A DNA stretch of 64,000 bases from a virus. Made by a program: the position numbers and the translations under genes. This document shows positions 17,068 through 27,184 of the stretch, piece by piece. Below the pieces are notes generated by a model. That model ran no database searches and was not told where the DNA came from. It saw only the letters and a program-made list of their open reading frames with translations. How positions within the stretch are numbered: position 1 is the first letter of the stretch; each line of letters starts with the position of its first letter. Where the stretch lies: the IMG/VR virus record IMGVR_UViG_3300020048_005080; one strand, 5' to 3'.

Positions 17068-17924
17068 GCCATATTTGATGCCCCAGTAGTAGTAATATTA
17101 AATTGATTTGCTATCGCTGTAGCTTTTTCTAGTCCTCCTAAATATGTGCCAGAAACATCGTTACCTAAACCAGCATTTATATTAACTATACCTTTTAAAG
17201 CAGTATTTTGATCGGTGAATGCGTTGATATCTTTAGTACCATATTTTCTCTGCATCACATCATTTTTTGCACCGTTAATAAAGAATAATACTGCTGCTTC
17301 TGCTGCTACATCAATTTCATTTAATTGATCTGGATTATTAACAATATCTACTTTTCTACCTAATTTATTGTCCTTATTCAACATATCTTGGTATTTCTGA
17401 TAAAGACTTTTGAAAGTTATACCATTAAATCCTCTTCCTCTATATTTGTAACCGTCGCCAGGTGCTGTATTACCTGTGTTCCAACCGAAATTTTTAGTTG
17501 CTGCTTGTCCATAAACCATATCATAGAATCTAACATCATCTTTTTTGATTGTCTCTAATTCAGCATCGCTTACCGTGATTCTTTTTCCAAATATTTTTCG
17601 AATTCTATCATTAGAAGTGTTTCTGTAACTGGTTTCGTCTTGCGGAATAAATCCAGACTCTTTTCCTATACATCCAAGAATTGCTTTTTGAGTATACGGG
17701 TTAGTTATTCCGTGTCTTTTCATTGCATCCATAATAGCTTGAACGTTCTTAGCTTTGTCTCCAGATACCGGTATATTAGTTATAGATCCAGATATTGGAG
17801 ATGCACCAGTTTTAGATTGATCATTAGGATCACCAAATAACGCATTTGATAATTTCTTACCATAATCACCAAAAAGCTGTTCGTTAACTGCTTTGAATTC
17901 TTCTATAGATTTTAAATGTTTCAT
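17064..17924 (-). CDS. GH19-like muramidase with N-terminal targeting tag
   Basis: YRGRGFNGITFKSLYQKY...AAVLFFIN resembles the GH19 catalytic region. The N-terminus is MKHLKSIEEFKAVNEQLF. Confidence 0.55.
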   Translation of the reverse strand: MKHLKSIEEFKAVNEQLFGDYGKKLSNALFGDPNDQSKTGASPISGSITNIPVSGDKAKNVQAIMDAMKRHGITNPYTQKAILGCIGKESGFIPQDETSYRNTSNDRIRKIFGKRITVSDAELETIKKDDVRFYDMVYGQAATKNFGWNTGNTAPGDGYKYRGRGFNGITFKSLYQKYQDMLNKDNKLGRKVDIVNNPDQLNEIDVAAEAAVLFFINGAKNDVMQRKYGTKDINAFTDQNTALKGIVNINAGLGNDVSGTYLGGLEKATAIANQFNITTTGASNMA

Positions 17925-17987
17925 ATCGATTAATATTTAATATATATCCATTTTGAAAACATTAAATAGTTTTTTAGTATAACCATT

Positions 17988-18581
17988 ATGGAAGTAAAAT
18001 TTGCAGATAGCTTTTGGGAAAGCTTAGACCGTATGGTCAAAAGAGAAAGATGGTATTGGAAGACTTGGGATTTCCTAAGATATGATATACCTAAAGGAGT
18101 AAAGAATATTATTTTCTTTTGGAGAGTGATATGGAATTTCAGACCATGGGATCACACATATAATTTAAGAATATTTGCAAAATCTTTAGAACCTTTAAGG
18201 GATTCTATAATTAAAGGTAGAGAAGTTGATGTTCCAAGATTAAAGAAGGTAGCAAAGATTGAAAGAGCAATAGAAATTCTTAATAATATCACAGAGGACA
18301 AATACATAGAAATTGCAGAGTCTCAGCTAGGATGTGAAATGAACTATGACTATACTTTTCGTGATGATGAACCAGAGGAAATAAAAGGAGCAAATAAGAT
18401 AATTAGGGATCTTTCTCAAGAAATAGAGGATAAAGAATGGAAAGAGCTCTGGACTATTTTTCACGGGCAAGAACACTCTCATTATGTAATGCTATTAGAT
18501 AAAATGACTCCTGAGCAGAGAAAGGAAGGGGTTTGGAATAATTGGTATGATGGATCAGGAATGGGCCATTGGTGGAATTAA
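17988..18581 (+). CDS. hypothetical protein
   Basis: 197-aa ORF. Confidence 0.5.
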   Translation: MEVKFADSFWESLDRMVKRERWYWKTWDFLRYDIPKGVKNIIFFWRVIWNFRPWDHTYNLRIFAKSLEPLRDSIIKGREVDVPRLKKVAKIERAIEILNNITEDKYIEIAESQLGCEMNYDYTFRDDEPEEIKGANKIIRDLSQEIEDKEWKELWTIFHGQEHSHYVMLLDKMTPEQRKEGVWNNWYDGSGMGHWWN

Positions 18582-18815
18582 CTAAAGATTGTTCAAAACT
18601 TTTTTACGTATATCATATATTATTTTTAATTTAGCAATAACAATATAAATCCTAGTATATGAAATTCAAAATTAGAAAATTAAGATTCTGGCTTGATAAA
18701 ACATTCGGGTGGTTTTTTATTAATGGAAGAAAACAGGAATTTTGGGAGAAAGGGGTAATGAGAGAAGAAAGAGAAATTGCAAGAATAGAAGCTGAAATTA
18801 AAACAAAACCAAATA

Positions 18816-19130
18816 ATGAGTAAAAAAGTTTATCTTATCAAAGGTGCATTAGTCGATACGGAAGGAAAAAAAGAATGGATAGAATCAATAACAGCTTCTA
18901 AAGAAAGAGCAAATAAAATAAAAGCTCAATTGAATCGTTCATTAGAGGATGAGATTATCGTATCAAAAGAAATATTTGATAAGTACACTAAAGAGGGTTC
19001 AGAAGAATTAGAATGGGGTAAAATGGAATTTCACACTGATAATATGACAGATGACGAATTCGAAAAGTTCTGTATTTATAGATACGGAACTAAGATGCCA
19101 TTTAAAATAGAAGTATCAGATCTTGTCTAG
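18816..19130 (+). CDS. hypothetical protein
   Basis: 104-aa ORF. Confidence 0.45.
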   Translation: MSKKVYLIKGALVDTEGKKEWIESITASKERANKIKAQLNRSLEDEIIVSKEIFDKYTKEGSEELEWGKMEFHTDNMTDDEFEKFCIYRYGTKMPFKIEVSDLV

Positions 19131-20002
19131 ATACTTCCTTTTAAATTTCTTCTACTAACAATAGCTTTTATTCTCCTTTCAGCTTTATTAGATACACCTC
19201 TAGCCCATTCAGCGGTTCTTTCAAACGATTCCCCAATTTGTCTAAAAGATTGGGGTTCTTTATTTTCATCTAATCCGTATTTAAGTATAGTGATTTGTCT
19301 TTCCATTGGTTTGAGCTCGGATAATATACTCATTATAGATTTTTTTAAATCCTCATTTATTATATTACTGTCTGTGCTTGTTTCAGATTCTATCCAATTG
19401 ATAGGACTAAAAGAATCATCATCACTAGCATTTGTGCTACTTTCTAAAGGAATCGATCTTGGTGTATTTTTAATAGTTTCTATAGCTGATGCTGATAATT
19501 GAATATCCGTGTTCTCTTCTATTATTAATAACATTTCATCAATCGAAGGTTCTCTTCCGTGATAAGAAATAAAGCTTTCTTCCAGAGTTTGGTATTGTCT
19601 TAATTGTTGTGTGATATTAGTAGGGATTCTAACAGATCTTGAATTATTGTTCAGATACAGAAATATATTTTTTCTGATATGCCATACAGCATAACTGATA
19701 AATTTAAAACCTGTAGACGGATCGAAAGTTTCTATAGCTTCTACTAGACCTTTATTACCTTCAGATATTAGATCCTCTAAAGGATTTTGTTGTGAAGCAT
19801 AAGCTTTAGCAACAGATACAACAAATCTTAGATTTGATTTTAATATAAGCTCTTTAGCTTTAAGATCTCCATTTTTTGATTTAACTGCTAATTCAGCTTC
19901 TTTCTCAGGACTTAATATTTCATACTTACTTATTTCAGTGAAATATCTAGATATATTATCGTTAGTATTTGTAATTCTATTGATAATCTTAAATTCCCTC
20001 AT
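19127..20002 (-). CDS. RNA polymerase sigma-70 family factor (divergent)
   Basis: Region 2 is LRFVVSVAKAYASQQNPLEDLISEGNKGLVEAIETFDPSTGFKFISYAVWHIRKNI. Region 4 is the helix-turn-helix SFRQIGESFERTAEWARGVSNKAERRIK. Confidence 0.75.
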   Translation of the reverse strand: MREFKIINRITNTNDNISRYFTEISKYEILSPEKEAELAVKSKNGDLKAKELILKSNLRFVVSVAKAYASQQNPLEDLISEGNKGLVEAIETFDPSTGFKFISYAVWHIRKNIFLYLNNNSRSVRIPTNITQQLRQYQTLEESFISYHGREPSIDEMLLIIEENTDIQLSASAIETIKNTPRSIPLESSTNASDDDSFSPINWIESETSTDSNIINEDLKKSIMSILSELKPMERQITILKYGLDENKEPQSFRQIGESFERTAEWARGVSNKAERRIKAIVSRRNLKGSI

Positions 20003-20048
20003 GATTGTATTTTAAAGTTTCTAATTTTATTCTTAGAAACCTGTTTAG

Positions 20049-20255
20049 TTACAAAGGATTTTGATTTTTGTTTTTTTCCATCCACATTTTAGCTCCATTT
20101 CCAAGCATATCAAAAATGTCATTCGAAGGCATTTCCGACTGTTGCATATGTTTTTTGAACTCTTTATTAGCTTCTGGGTCTACACCTGCTGCTTTATTCA
20201 TTGCATCAAGTTTTTTCTTGATATTTTCTAAATACTCGTTATAGTTTGGAATCAT
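20049..20255 (-). CDS. hypothetical protein
   Basis: 68-aa ORF. Confidence 0.4.
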   Translation of the reverse strand: MIPNYNEYLENIKKKLDAMNKAAGVDPEANKEFKKHMQQSEMPSNDIFDMLGNGAKMWMEKNKNQNPL

Positions 20256-20277
20256 ATTTTTCTTTTTTTAACAATGT

Positions 20278-20339
20278 ATATATTAAATCATTTTTTTTAT
20301 CAATAAGAAATTTCTAATATTGCAAGGTAATTAAAAAAT
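20278..20339 (+). promoter_or_regulatory. promoter cassette
   Basis: AAATCATTTTTTTTATCAATAAGAAATTTCTAATATTGCAAGG. The segment TCAATAAGAAATTTCTA is identical to the 10775 promoter. Confidence 0.55.
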
Positions 20340-20651
20340 ATGGAAACTTCTAAAAGCGATTACAGATTCAGATTCATAAGCGATGTTCTAGTTATAGAGG
20401 ATCTAAATCTAGGAAGAATGTCAGTAACAAATAATGCTGAAGATGTTATTTCAGAAATAAGAACAAGTACCGACAGAAGATTGACTGAACATTTTATAAT
20501 CTATAAAGATAGCGATGGAGTTTGGGATCAAATGATTCCTTCATATTCTTTAACAGGTTGCTCTGAAGTTTTTTTTAAACATATCGGAGAAACTAATCTT
20601 GAAGATGCTATTATAAAACTAAGAGAATCATTAACTTTAAAACACCAATAA
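20340..20651 (+). CDS. hypothetical protein
   Basis: 103-aa ORF. Confidence 0.45.
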   Translation: METSKSDYRFRFISDVLVIEDLNLGRMSVTNNAEDVISEIRTSTDRRLTEHFIIYKDSDGVWDQMIPSYSLTGCSEVFFKHIGETNLEDAIIKLRESLTLKHQ

Positions 20652-20657
20652 ATAAAT

Positions 20658-22184
20658 ATGATAAATCCAGCTCTGCTAACAGACGGGTATAAAACTGGGC
20701 ATCACCAGCAATATCCCAAGGGAACGACATTAGTCTATTCCAATTTTACACCAAGAAGCAACAAGTACGCACCTAAGGGATGTGATATGGTAGTTTCTTT
20801 CGGACAACAATTAATCATGAAGCAAATTCACGAGAGTTTTAGAAAAGATTTCTTTGATCAACCAAAAGAAGCAGTATGTAAAGAGATTAGAGAGGAGCTC
20901 TCTTTATACCTAGGTGTAGATTATGACACAAGTCATTTCGAAGCTCTTCATGATCTTGGACATCTTCCTATTAAAGTTAAAGCATTACCAGAAGGCACAT
21001 TGGTTCCTATTAAAGTTCCAGTTTTAACTATCTACAATACAAACCCAGATTTTTACTGGATAACAAATTATTTGGAAACCCTAGTTTCTAATCTTCTTTG
21101 GAAACCAATAACCTCAGCAACTATTGCATTCCAATACAAAAGAGTACTTACAGAATGGGCTCTTAAAACAAATCAAGAAGCTAAAGAATTTGTTTACTGG
21201 CAAGGACACGATTTCTCTATGAGAGGTTTAGATTCTATTGATGCTGTAGTTTCATCTGGACTTGGTCACTTAACATCATTCTACGGTACGGATTCTCTTC
21301 CAGCAATTTACGGAGCACGTAAATTCTACGGAGCAGAAGGATTTGTTGGAGGCTCAGTTCCTGCAACAGAACACTCAGTTATGTGTGCAGGTGGTAAAGA
21401 AGACGAGATTGATACGTTCAGAAGATTACTTGAAACATATCCTAAAGGAATTCTTTCTGTAGTATCTGATACATGGGATTTATGGAAAGTGTGTACAGAA
21501 CACGTAGTCACTTTGAAAGATGAAATTCTTGCTCGTGATGGTAAATTAGTTATACGTCCTGACTCAGGAGATCCGGTTGATATTCTTTGTGGGTGGGGTG
21601 GCTTTGATCCTGAAGGTGAAAGCGAAGAAGCTAAAAATGAGCCACAAAATAAAGGAGTAATTGAATTACTTTGGGACGTATTTGGCGGAACAGTCAATGC
21701 TCAAGGTTACAAAGTACTTGACCCACACATCGGAGCTATCTATGGGGATTCAATCACAATCGACAGAGCAAATGAAATCTGCGCAAGACTAGAAGCAAAA
21801 GGATTCGCATCAACAAATGTTGTATTAGGGGTTGGTTCTTTCACTTATCAATATAACACTCGTGACACATTTGGTTTTGCAATGAAAGCAACGTATGTCG
21901 AAGTAAATAAACCAAAATTCGAAGGCGATTTCAATCCAGAAGGACGTGAGATCTTTAAAGATCCTATCACAGATGATGGAACAAAAAAATCTGCAACGGG
22001 ATTATTAAGTGTTCACAGTCATGATGGCGAATTGGTTTTAATTGACAAATGTACATGGGAAGGTGAAGAGGTTAGTTTATTACAAACAATTTACCAAGAC
22101 GGTATTTTTCACAATCCAGTTACTCTAAATGAAATCAGAGAGAAATTAGATAAAGCTATACATTTACAATTCGAATTAGCTTAA
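20658..22184 (+). CDS. nadV: nicotinamide phosphoribosyltransferase (NAMPT family)
   Basis: N-terminus MINPALLTDGYKTGHHQQYPKGT. The 508-aa length and colinear conservation are typical of NadV/NAMPT. Confidence 0.85.
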   Translation: MINPALLTDGYKTGHHQQYPKGTTLVYSNFTPRSNKYAPKGCDMVVSFGQQLIMKQIHESFRKDFFDQPKEAVCKEIREELSLYLGVDYDTSHFEALHDLGHLPIKVKALPEGTLVPIKVPVLTIYNTNPDFYWITNYLETLVSNLLWKPITSATIAFQYKRVLTEWALKTNQEAKEFVYWQGHDFSMRGLDSIDAVVSSGLGHLTSFYGTDSLPAIYGARKFYGAEGFVGGSVPATEHSVMCAGGKEDEIDTFRRLLETYPKGILSVVSDTWDLWKVCTEHVVTLKDEILARDGKLVIRPDSGDPVDILCGWGGFDPEGESEEAKNEPQNKGVIELLWDVFGGTVNAQGYKVLDPHIGAIYGDSITIDRANEICARLEAKGFASTNVVLGVGSFTYQYNTRDTFGFAMKATYVEVNKPKFEGDFNPEGREIFKDPITDDGTKKSATGLLSVHSHDGELVLIDKCTWEGEEVSLLQTIYQDGIFHNPVTLNEIREKLDKAIHLQFELA

Positions 22185-22193
22185 CAAAATATT

Positions 22194-22233
22194 CCATAGC
22201 AGCAATATCCCTGTGTTGCTATGGATTTTAAAA
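22194..22233 (+). terminator. rho-independent terminator
   Basis: CCATAGCAGCAA-loop-TTGCTATGG hairpin followed by ATTTTAAAATTT. Confidence 0.6.
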
Positions 22234-22269
22234 TTTCGGGGATTTATTTAATCATATAAATCAAAAAAA

Positions 22270-24162
22270 ATGTTTATGAATTTAATTTTAGATTACTGGT
22301 GGACCATCATCCCAGTACTTGCGTTGGTCTTTTACAAGTTCACGCTCCGTTTCTTCTTCGGTATGGTAATTATACCAGAAGATAAAATTGGTTTAGTAAC
22401 CAAAAAATTCGTTCTCTTTGGAGACAACAAATCTTTACCAGACGGTAAGATTATTGCTCTAAATGGAGAACCAGGGTATCAAGCAGATACATTAGCACCA
22501 GGTTTATACTGGGCTTATTGGGTTTGGCAATACTCAATTGATCAAGCAGATTTAATAATCGTTGAGAAAGGAAAATTAGGTCTTATCACTGCAAAAGATG
22601 GTATGTCACTACCTACTGGTTCTATCTTAGCTCGCCACGTAAAATGTGACGATTATCAAGACACACGTGCATTCTTAACTAACGGGGGTCAAAGAGGTAA
22701 ACAAGTTGGATATCTTAACAACGGGGTTTATCGAATCAATACACAACTATTTGAAGTGTTTCAAGCAGATATCACTTACATTGAAGATGGAATGGTAGGT
22801 ATTATAACAACACTTGATGGTAAGCCACTAGATCAAAATGCTATTGCAGGATCACCAGTTAATGACCATAATAACTTCCAAGATTTTGATAGATTCTTAG
22901 ATCATGGAGGACAAAGAGGTTTACAAACTCAAGTTATCCAAGCAGGTTCTTATACATTAAACCCTTGGGCAGTTGAGGTAGAGAAGAAAGAAATGACTTC
23001 TATTCCTATTGGTCACGTAGGTGTTGTTATATCATACGTTGGAGAAGAAGGAATTGATCAAACTGGAGACACTTTCAAACACGGTAACATCGTTAAGAAA
23101 GGACAAAAAGGAGTTTGGATTACACCTTTAGATCCAGGTAAATACGCGGTTAACCCGTACACTCAAAAAATCGAGATCGTACCTACAACAAACTTAGTAC
23201 TTAACTGGGCAAATGCTAGAAGTGAATCACACAACTTAGATAAGAACTTAAGTACTATCACAGTGCGTTCTAAAGACGGTTTCCCTTTCAATTTGGACGT
23301 ATCTCAAATTATCCATATTCCTTCTACTGAAGCACCTAAGGTAATTGCTCGATTTGGTTCTATGTCAAACTTAGTTTCTCAGGTACTTGAGCCAACAATT
23401 GGTAACTACTTCCGTAACTCTGCACAAGATTCAGATGTTATCTCTTTCTTAAGTACACGTCAGACAAGACAAAATGCTGCTAAAGATTCAATCTCTAAAG
23501 TATTAGAGGAATACAACGTACATGCAGTAGACACATTGATTGGAGATATCACACCTCCAGCAGAACTTATGAAAACTCTTACTGATCGTAAGATCGCACA
23601 AGAGGAGGAAATAACTTTCGAAACTCAGCGTAAAGCTCAAGACCAACGTAAGACTTTAGAGTCTGCTAAGTCATTAGCTGATATGCAAGGTAAAATGGTT
23701 GCTGCACAGCAATCAGTAGAAATCTCACAACGTGAAGCAGAAGCATCTGTTAAGAGATCAGAAGGTGAAGCTCAGGCAATGAAACTTAAAGCTGGTGCTC
23801 AGGCAGAAGCTAAAAAGATGATGGCTGAAGCAGATGCTGCTCAGATCAAATTAACGGGAGACGCAGAGGCAAGTAAGATTGAAGCAATAGGTAAAGCAAC
23901 TGCTGAAGCTTATGATCTTCAGGTTAAGGCAATGGGATCTGATAACTTTGGTAAATTGAAAGTTACCGAAATGATTGGGACAAATGGAATTAAAATTATT
24001 CCGGAAATACTTATCTCTGGCAATGACGGAGGTAACGGGCCAATCTCAGGACTTCTCGGAATGGAGTTATTAAAACAGATTACAGAAAAAAATAAATCTG
24101 AAGTTTTAACAGAAACTTCTAGTAAAAAACGAAACAATTCAGGAGAAGGTGAAGTAAAATAA
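22270..24162 (+). CDS. flotillin / SPFH (band 7) domain membrane protein
   Basis: N-terminal TM, an SPFH body, and the C-terminal Ala/Glu-rich coiled coil AQAEAKKMMAEADAAQIKLTGDAEASKIEAIGKATAEAY typical of flotillins/YqiK. Confidence 0.8.
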   Translation: MFMNLILDYWWTIIPVLALVFYKFTLRFFFGMVIIPEDKIGLVTKKFVLFGDNKSLPDGKIIALNGEPGYQADTLAPGLYWAYWVWQYSIDQADLIIVEKGKLGLITAKDGMSLPTGSILARHVKCDDYQDTRAFLTNGGQRGKQVGYLNNGVYRINTQLFEVFQADITYIEDGMVGIITTLDGKPLDQNAIAGSPVNDHNNFQDFDRFLDHGGQRGLQTQVIQAGSYTLNPWAVEVEKKEMTSIPIGHVGVVISYVGEEGIDQTGDTFKHGNIVKKGQKGVWITPLDPGKYAVNPYTQKIEIVPTTNLVLNWANARSESHNLDKNLSTITVRSKDGFPFNLDVSQIIHIPSTEAPKVIARFGSMSNLVSQVLEPTIGNYFRNSAQDSDVISFLSTRQTRQNAAKDSISKVLEEYNVHAVDTLIGDITPPAELMKTLTDRKIAQEEEITFETQRKAQDQRKTLESAKSLADMQGKMVAAQQSVEISQREAEASVKRSEGEAQAMKLKAGAQAEAKKMMAEADAAQIKLTGDAEASKIEAIGKATAEAYDLQVKAMGSDNFGKLKVTEMIGTNGIKIIPEILISGNDGGNGPISGLLGMELLKQITEKNKSEVLTETSSKKRNNSGEGEVK

Positions 24163-24164
24163 GT

Positions 24165-24653
24165 ATGAAAGTACAAATTTTAAAACCTACTGACGGTGAC
24201 CCTGTGCTTAACAAGGTCACCGTTTTTCTTGCTGGTTCTATAGAAATGGGAGCAGCAGAGGATTGGCAGACTATTGTTTCTAACAAGATGGAAGAATTGG
24301 AAATGCCTATTACTATATTTAATCCAAGAAGAGATTCATGGGATTCATCTTGGGAACAGAGAGAATCTAATCCACAATTTAGCCAACAGGTTAACTGGGA
24401 GATGGATAGACTTAATGAATGTGATATTATATTTATGTACTTCTCCCCTGGTACAAAATCCCCTATCTCTCTATTAGAATTAGGTCTTCATGCAGATTCA
24501 AGAAAAATGATCGTGTGTTGTCCTGATGAATTTTGGAGAAAGGGCAACGTTGAAATTGTTTGCTCTAGACACAATATACCTTTACATGACAATCTAGAAC
24601 ACGCTATGATGTGTTTGTCAGCTGTAACATCATCAGAATTAATTAATAAATAA
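24165..24653 (+). CDS. 2'-deoxynucleoside 5'-phosphate N-hydrolase / nucleoside deoxyribosyltransferase-like (DNPH1/Rcl fold)
   Basis: VFLAGSIEMGAAEDWQ, FNPRRDSWDS, ECDIIF, and SLLELG. It is a paralog of 1919..2275. Confidence 0.6.
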   Translation: MKVQILKPTDGDPVLNKVTVFLAGSIEMGAAEDWQTIVSNKMEELEMPITIFNPRRDSWDSSWEQRESNPQFSQQVNWEMDRLNECDIIFMYFSPGTKSPISLLELGLHADSRKMIVCCPDEFWRKGNVEIVCSRHNIPLHDNLEHAMMCLSAVTSSELINK

Positions 24654-24660
24654 AAAATAT

Positions 24661-25551
24661 ATGGATTTTTTAGAAACAGCAAAGAACTTAGAAACCACGC
24701 ACAGTCACGGTACAATTACATATTTAGATTTTAATCTAGATCCTAGTACATCAGATAAGGATTATCCACATTTGAAATTAAACACTAAGACTAAACATAT
24801 AGAATTACAGACATATCAGGTAAAGTCTAGAATTGACGAAGATGTTATAGCTGATTTAAAATTATTTCATGCTGTAGATGGAGAGGGAATGGTAAGGTCC
24901 GTATTAGAGTCTGAATCATTAATTCAAAGACAGAAGAATCTATTAAATATCTATAATATTTTAGGAGAAGAAACAGCAGGAGAGATTCTAACAGGATGGA
25001 AAAAAACTATAAAAAAAATATTTCCAAAAATTAGATATAAAACATACTTAATAAATGACTCAATAGAGGGATCAAAATTATTAATATATAGTATTATAAG
25101 TAGATCACATTTAATTGCAGCTAGAAGCAGAAGAGGACCTGCAAATTTTATTATATGTAACGGACAGGTTGGTTCTTTAATACAGGATCACCCATCTTTT
25201 GTTTATATAAATAATAATATTCCAGTCAGTTTGTCCGATAAAATTAGATCTATAGGAAGTATAGCAGGAAATATAGAAGTATTTATTAATCCTTTCCAAA
25301 GATTTACTGACAACAATATTATAATAGGAAGAAAAACACAGGAGCATGAGCCAGGAGTTTATATTGTGGAAAATAAAGGTTCCAAAGAGATTATGGAAAC
25401 TGCTATGTGGGAAGAATCAAAAATGATTAAATCAAAATCACTTCGTGAAAAATTAGCTTTTGTAGATACTGAAAATGCAAGCAGAAATTTTGTAAAATTC
25501 GAAGTGGAATTTACTAAAAAACCACTATGGAGAAGAATGTTATTCGTATAA
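24661..25551 (+). CDS. hypothetical protein
   Basis: 296-aa ORF. Confidence 0.5.
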   Translation: MDFLETAKNLETTHSHGTITYLDFNLDPSTSDKDYPHLKLNTKTKHIELQTYQVKSRIDEDVIADLKLFHAVDGEGMVRSVLESESLIQRQKNLLNIYNILGEETAGEILTGWKKTIKKIFPKIRYKTYLINDSIEGSKLLIYSIISRSHLIAARSRRGPANFIICNGQVGSLIQDHPSFVYINNNIPVSLSDKIRSIGSIAGNIEVFINPFQRFTDNNIIIGRKTQEHEPGVYIVENKGSKEIMETAMWEESKMIKSKSLREKLAFVDTENASRNFVKFEVEFTKKPLWRRMLFV

Positions 25552-25554
25552 ATT

Positions 25555-25767
25555 ATGAGCGAATCTAATACAACAAAACAAGGTGGCGGATTATTATATC
25601 TACTACTCTGTTTAGCAACTTCGATGATAGGATACACTATCCATGGCAGTATTTTTTGGGCTATTATCGATTGGATATTTATGCCTATTGCTTGGTGTAA
25701 ATGGCTAATCTGTCACGAAGTTAATATGACAATAATTAGAGAAACATTCTCTTTCTTTTTTAAATAA
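25555..25767 (+). CDS. small membrane protein
   Basis: 70 aa with two hydrophobic helices. Confidence 0.35.
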   Translation: MSESNTTKQGGGLLYLLLCLATSMIGYTIHGSIFWAIIDWIFMPIAWCKWLICHEVNMTIIRETFSFFFK

Positions 25768-25776
25768 ACAAAAACA

Positions 25777-26331
25777 ATGGAAGTAAAGAAATTAATATTT
25801 GATAAGCTAGAAGCTCTTCTAAATAAACCCGCAACAATAAATAAATTCTTCGTATTCACATTAGAGGATTTAAAACATGATTCAGAGGGATGTATAGAAG
25901 TAATAGAAAATTACCTAGAACAACACAAAGACAAAATTGAAGACATCGAATTTGATACGTGGATAGACGAAGCAACATTTTCTCCTGTAGTAATGATGCG
26001 AATGATCCCAAATAAGGAATTAGGAAGATACCTACACATAACTAATGTATTAAATAGTCTTCTTCCATCTTCTACTGAAGCTCATCTACTTAGAGAAAGA
26101 GTTACTGGGGTATTTGAGAAATTCCAATTTGAGTTTAATGAGACTTCTATTAGAAATAATATGAAGCAAGAAATAGAATACATTTTAGGGGTAACTATTA
26201 TAGATAAAACAACAGATACTAATTCTGATCAAGGTGTTGCTAATTTCGTTGTTATCGATGATTCTAATGAAATGACCTTAACAGAGTATTTAGATGCTGT
26301 AGCGGCAAAGAAAAGGCATGAAAACGGGTAG
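25777..26331 (+). CDS. hypothetical protein
   Basis: 184-aa ORF. Confidence 0.5.
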   Translation: MEVKKLIFDKLEALLNKPATINKFFVFTLEDLKHDSEGCIEVIENYLEQHKDKIEDIEFDTWIDEATFSPVVMMRMIPNKELGRYLHITNVLNSLLPSSTEAHLLRERVTGVFEKFQFEFNETSIRNNMKQEIEYILGVTIIDKTTDTNSDQGVANFVVIDDSNEMTLTEYLDAVAAKKRHENG

Positions 26332-26338
26332 CTAAATG

Positions 26339-27184
26339 CTACCCTAACATGTTTTTATTTATAATTCTTAATGATTCCATGTATTCCTCTTCTTTTTTAG
26401 CTGATCCACATAAGTGTGTGTAATGATCCTGTTCAATATTAGGGTCTTCAAGTACCACTTTTATATGATATCCGTCAACTATTTCCATTGCCCTCAATAA
26501 AGATTGCTCTATCCACACAACAGCTAAATATCTTTCACCTACGAATTCATTAGATTGTATCTTACTGTCATAAAGATTAACTAGCGATATCATATTATGA
26601 GCCCATTTTTTTAAGAACTCAAGATCATTCCCTCCTACTACTCCTGTATTATAAGCTAAATGCTCTAAATTTTCAGCATGAAAATTATCAAAGTATTTAC
26701 AAGCACCCTCAAAATTCATATGATAGTCGTCAGATCTTTTGGAGTATAACTGATTTTGATATGGATCCCATTTTCCCTCTCTGCTCTGTGCAAACACTTT
26801 AGATTCTAATATCTCCTTATTTAATCCAGACCATAAATAAACATCAGGATCTAAATGAACAAAGGGATCGTCCATTTCCATTATCGCATAAGCTTTTGCA
26901 GTTGACCACATATCCGTTGTGTAATTTATGTCGTCAAGTATTATCTTAACCTCATCAATAGGTAGTCCTAAAGGTTCAAATAGATTTTTCCATGCCCATG
27001 TGTCAGTAACAAGAATGACCTTAGTGAAATGTCTTCTTGCTAATTTTACAGAAACACTCCAGCTTAAAAGAAAATCTTCTTTTGTATTAAATTCGCCAAA
27101 AGTCTTAAATTCAGCTTTGGCTAAAAAAGGTTTAGACCAAAAACTATACAGAGCTGTTTTTACCATATTATAACATTTTATCAA
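26339..27184 (-). CDS. hypothetical protein, possible DxD nucleotide-sugar transferase
   Basis: 281-aa ORF. DDPFVHLDPD is a weak GT-A-like DxD, and I am not confident of the function. Confidence 0.45.
   Translation of the reverse strand: MIKCYNMVKTALYSFWSKPFLAKAEFKTFGEFNTKEDFLLSWSVSVKLARRHFTKVILVTDTWAWKNLFEPLGLPIDEVKIILDDINYTTDMWSTAKAYAIMEMDDPFVHLDPDVYLWSGLNKEILESKVFAQSREGKWDPYQNQLYSKRSDDYHMNFEGACKYFDNFHAENLEHLAYNTGVVGGNDLEFLKKWAHNMISLVNLYDSKIQSNEFVGERYLAVVWIEQSLLRAMEIVDGYHIKVVLEDPNIEQDHYTHLCGSAKKEEEYMESLRIINKNMLG

Noticed and set aside
21326-21697. Minus-strand 123-aa ORF inside nadV.
   Set aside because: Shadow ORF antisense to a highly conserved NAMPT coding region.
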